Shown piece after piece: positions 62,905 to 64,000 of a stretch of 64,000 nt of DNA. The stretch comes from Somniosus microcephalus (taxonomy: Eukaryota), in contig CM126230.1 in assembly GCA_052327205.1 (NCBI GenBank), positions 29,326,001 to 29,390,000 on the forward strand, read 5' to 3'. The stretch's first letter is position 1, and each line of letters starts with the position of its first letter. A program made the position numbers and the translations under genes. Below the pieces are notes generated by a model. That model was not told the origin of the DNA and ran no database searches. It saw nothing but the letters and a program-made list of their open reading frames with translations.

Positions 62905-63740
62905 GGCCTCGATTTTAACTGACCCGTGGAGTCGGGATTGGAGGTGTGTGGGGGGGTTAAAGTCCCGAATTCGGGTGTCCCGACACCATCCCGCCCCCAA
63001 CCCGCCTCCATGTAAGTTTCAAAGGAGGCGGGTACCCGCCCCGCACTGGGACCCGCCTACCCGAGGCGGGAAGGGATTAGTGACAATTAACTGCCTGTTA
63101 ACAGGTAGTTAACAGGCAGTTTTTAGCCAAATCCCTATTTTAAAGCTTGAAGTGTGGGATTCCCGACGGCGCCAAACCATGCCAAGTTAGAGTTGTCGGG
63201 TTGAAGGACTTGGAGGGGTCGAGATGTCGGTGTTCAGGTGAGTGATGGGTGCATGAGTGCAAAGGTAAGTGTGTTTGGTGTGTCTAAAGTGTGTAAAGAA
63301 GTTTAAATTACCTGTACTTACCTTTACAGCCTTCCTTCTTCTAGGTTTCGGGAGTCCATCATCTAACCAGCAGAGAAAGCAGAATGGCTGCGAACTGTCA
63401 AAAGTGACAGCCTGCAGCTTTCTGTGCCAGAGAGATTTCTAACTGAGTCTGTGTAGAAGGACTTGGGTTAGAAGTAAGACTGTCAGTATTTGACAGCTTC
63501 AAACAGCTGTGAAACACTGATATTTCATCTGTCAAAACATCTTGACAGATGAAATTTCAGTCTGTGACGTCACCTGTTGCCGGGTGGCCCTTAATTGGCC
63601 TGCTGAGCCCGCTGGGCGGGCTTAACAAGGTCAATCAAGTTAAAATCACGTGGATTGGCTGCATCTCAATGGAGGCAGGACTACAACCCCGAATGTTGTC
63701 GTCCCGCCTCCTTCCCGACTTCTGAGTGAAAATCACCCCC
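62905..63740 (-). mobile_element. Non-autonomous Harbinger-type element, family A
   Basis: TSD TAT (62902-62904, 63741-63743); reverse complement of 17034-17854. Confidence 0.8.
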
Positions 63741-64000
63741 TATATCTCACAAGGCTAGGATTTCCCTTTCACTATCACGTGTTCCCTGACCAATAAGGCT
63801 TCCTTCCCCATCTCTCTTTCGAAACATTCTAAATCATGTTAAATTAATTTCTTGACAATTACGGCGCATCCTCTTGTGTCTTGTATAAGTTTCCAGATCG
63901 AACACTGTTGATTTTCCTTTGTGCCTGGGCAAAACACTCCAGATTCTCTACATTTATGAACTCAAAATCCAGAACTCCTTTTATATCTCACTCCCCTCCA

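Overview
Eukaryotic, repeat-rich vertebrate DNA, most likely from a cartilaginous fish (SacSINE1-type DeuSINEs, shark-like CR1/L2/Penelope fragments). The only host exon I can support is the last coding exon of LRMDA (C10orf11) at 37548-37627 (+), so the upstream part is probably LRMDA intron and the rest 3'UTR plus intergenic DNA. Three LTR retrotransposons are present. The first is a full-length but disrupted CsRn1-clade Gypsy (3751-8162). The second is an old decayed Gypsy (53738-56292). The third is the standout: a very young Mag-clade element (50037-53622; identical 257-bp LTRs, 5-bp TSD) with one intact 730-aa ORF. That ORF is Gag-protease fused in frame not to RT/RNase H/integrase but to apparently captured host pieces: an STK10/SLK coiled coil, an optineurin coiled coil, a U1-type zinc finger and a basic tail. 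Also present are many PIF/Harbinger elements (3-bp TSDs), hAT-type MITEs (one holding a G-rich minisatellite), a Penelope fragment with a minimal hammerhead ribozyme, and a local duplication preserving a MITE empty site. Protein and repeat-family assignments come from motif recognition and remembered sequences, not database searches. Boundaries of degenerate repeats are approximate.
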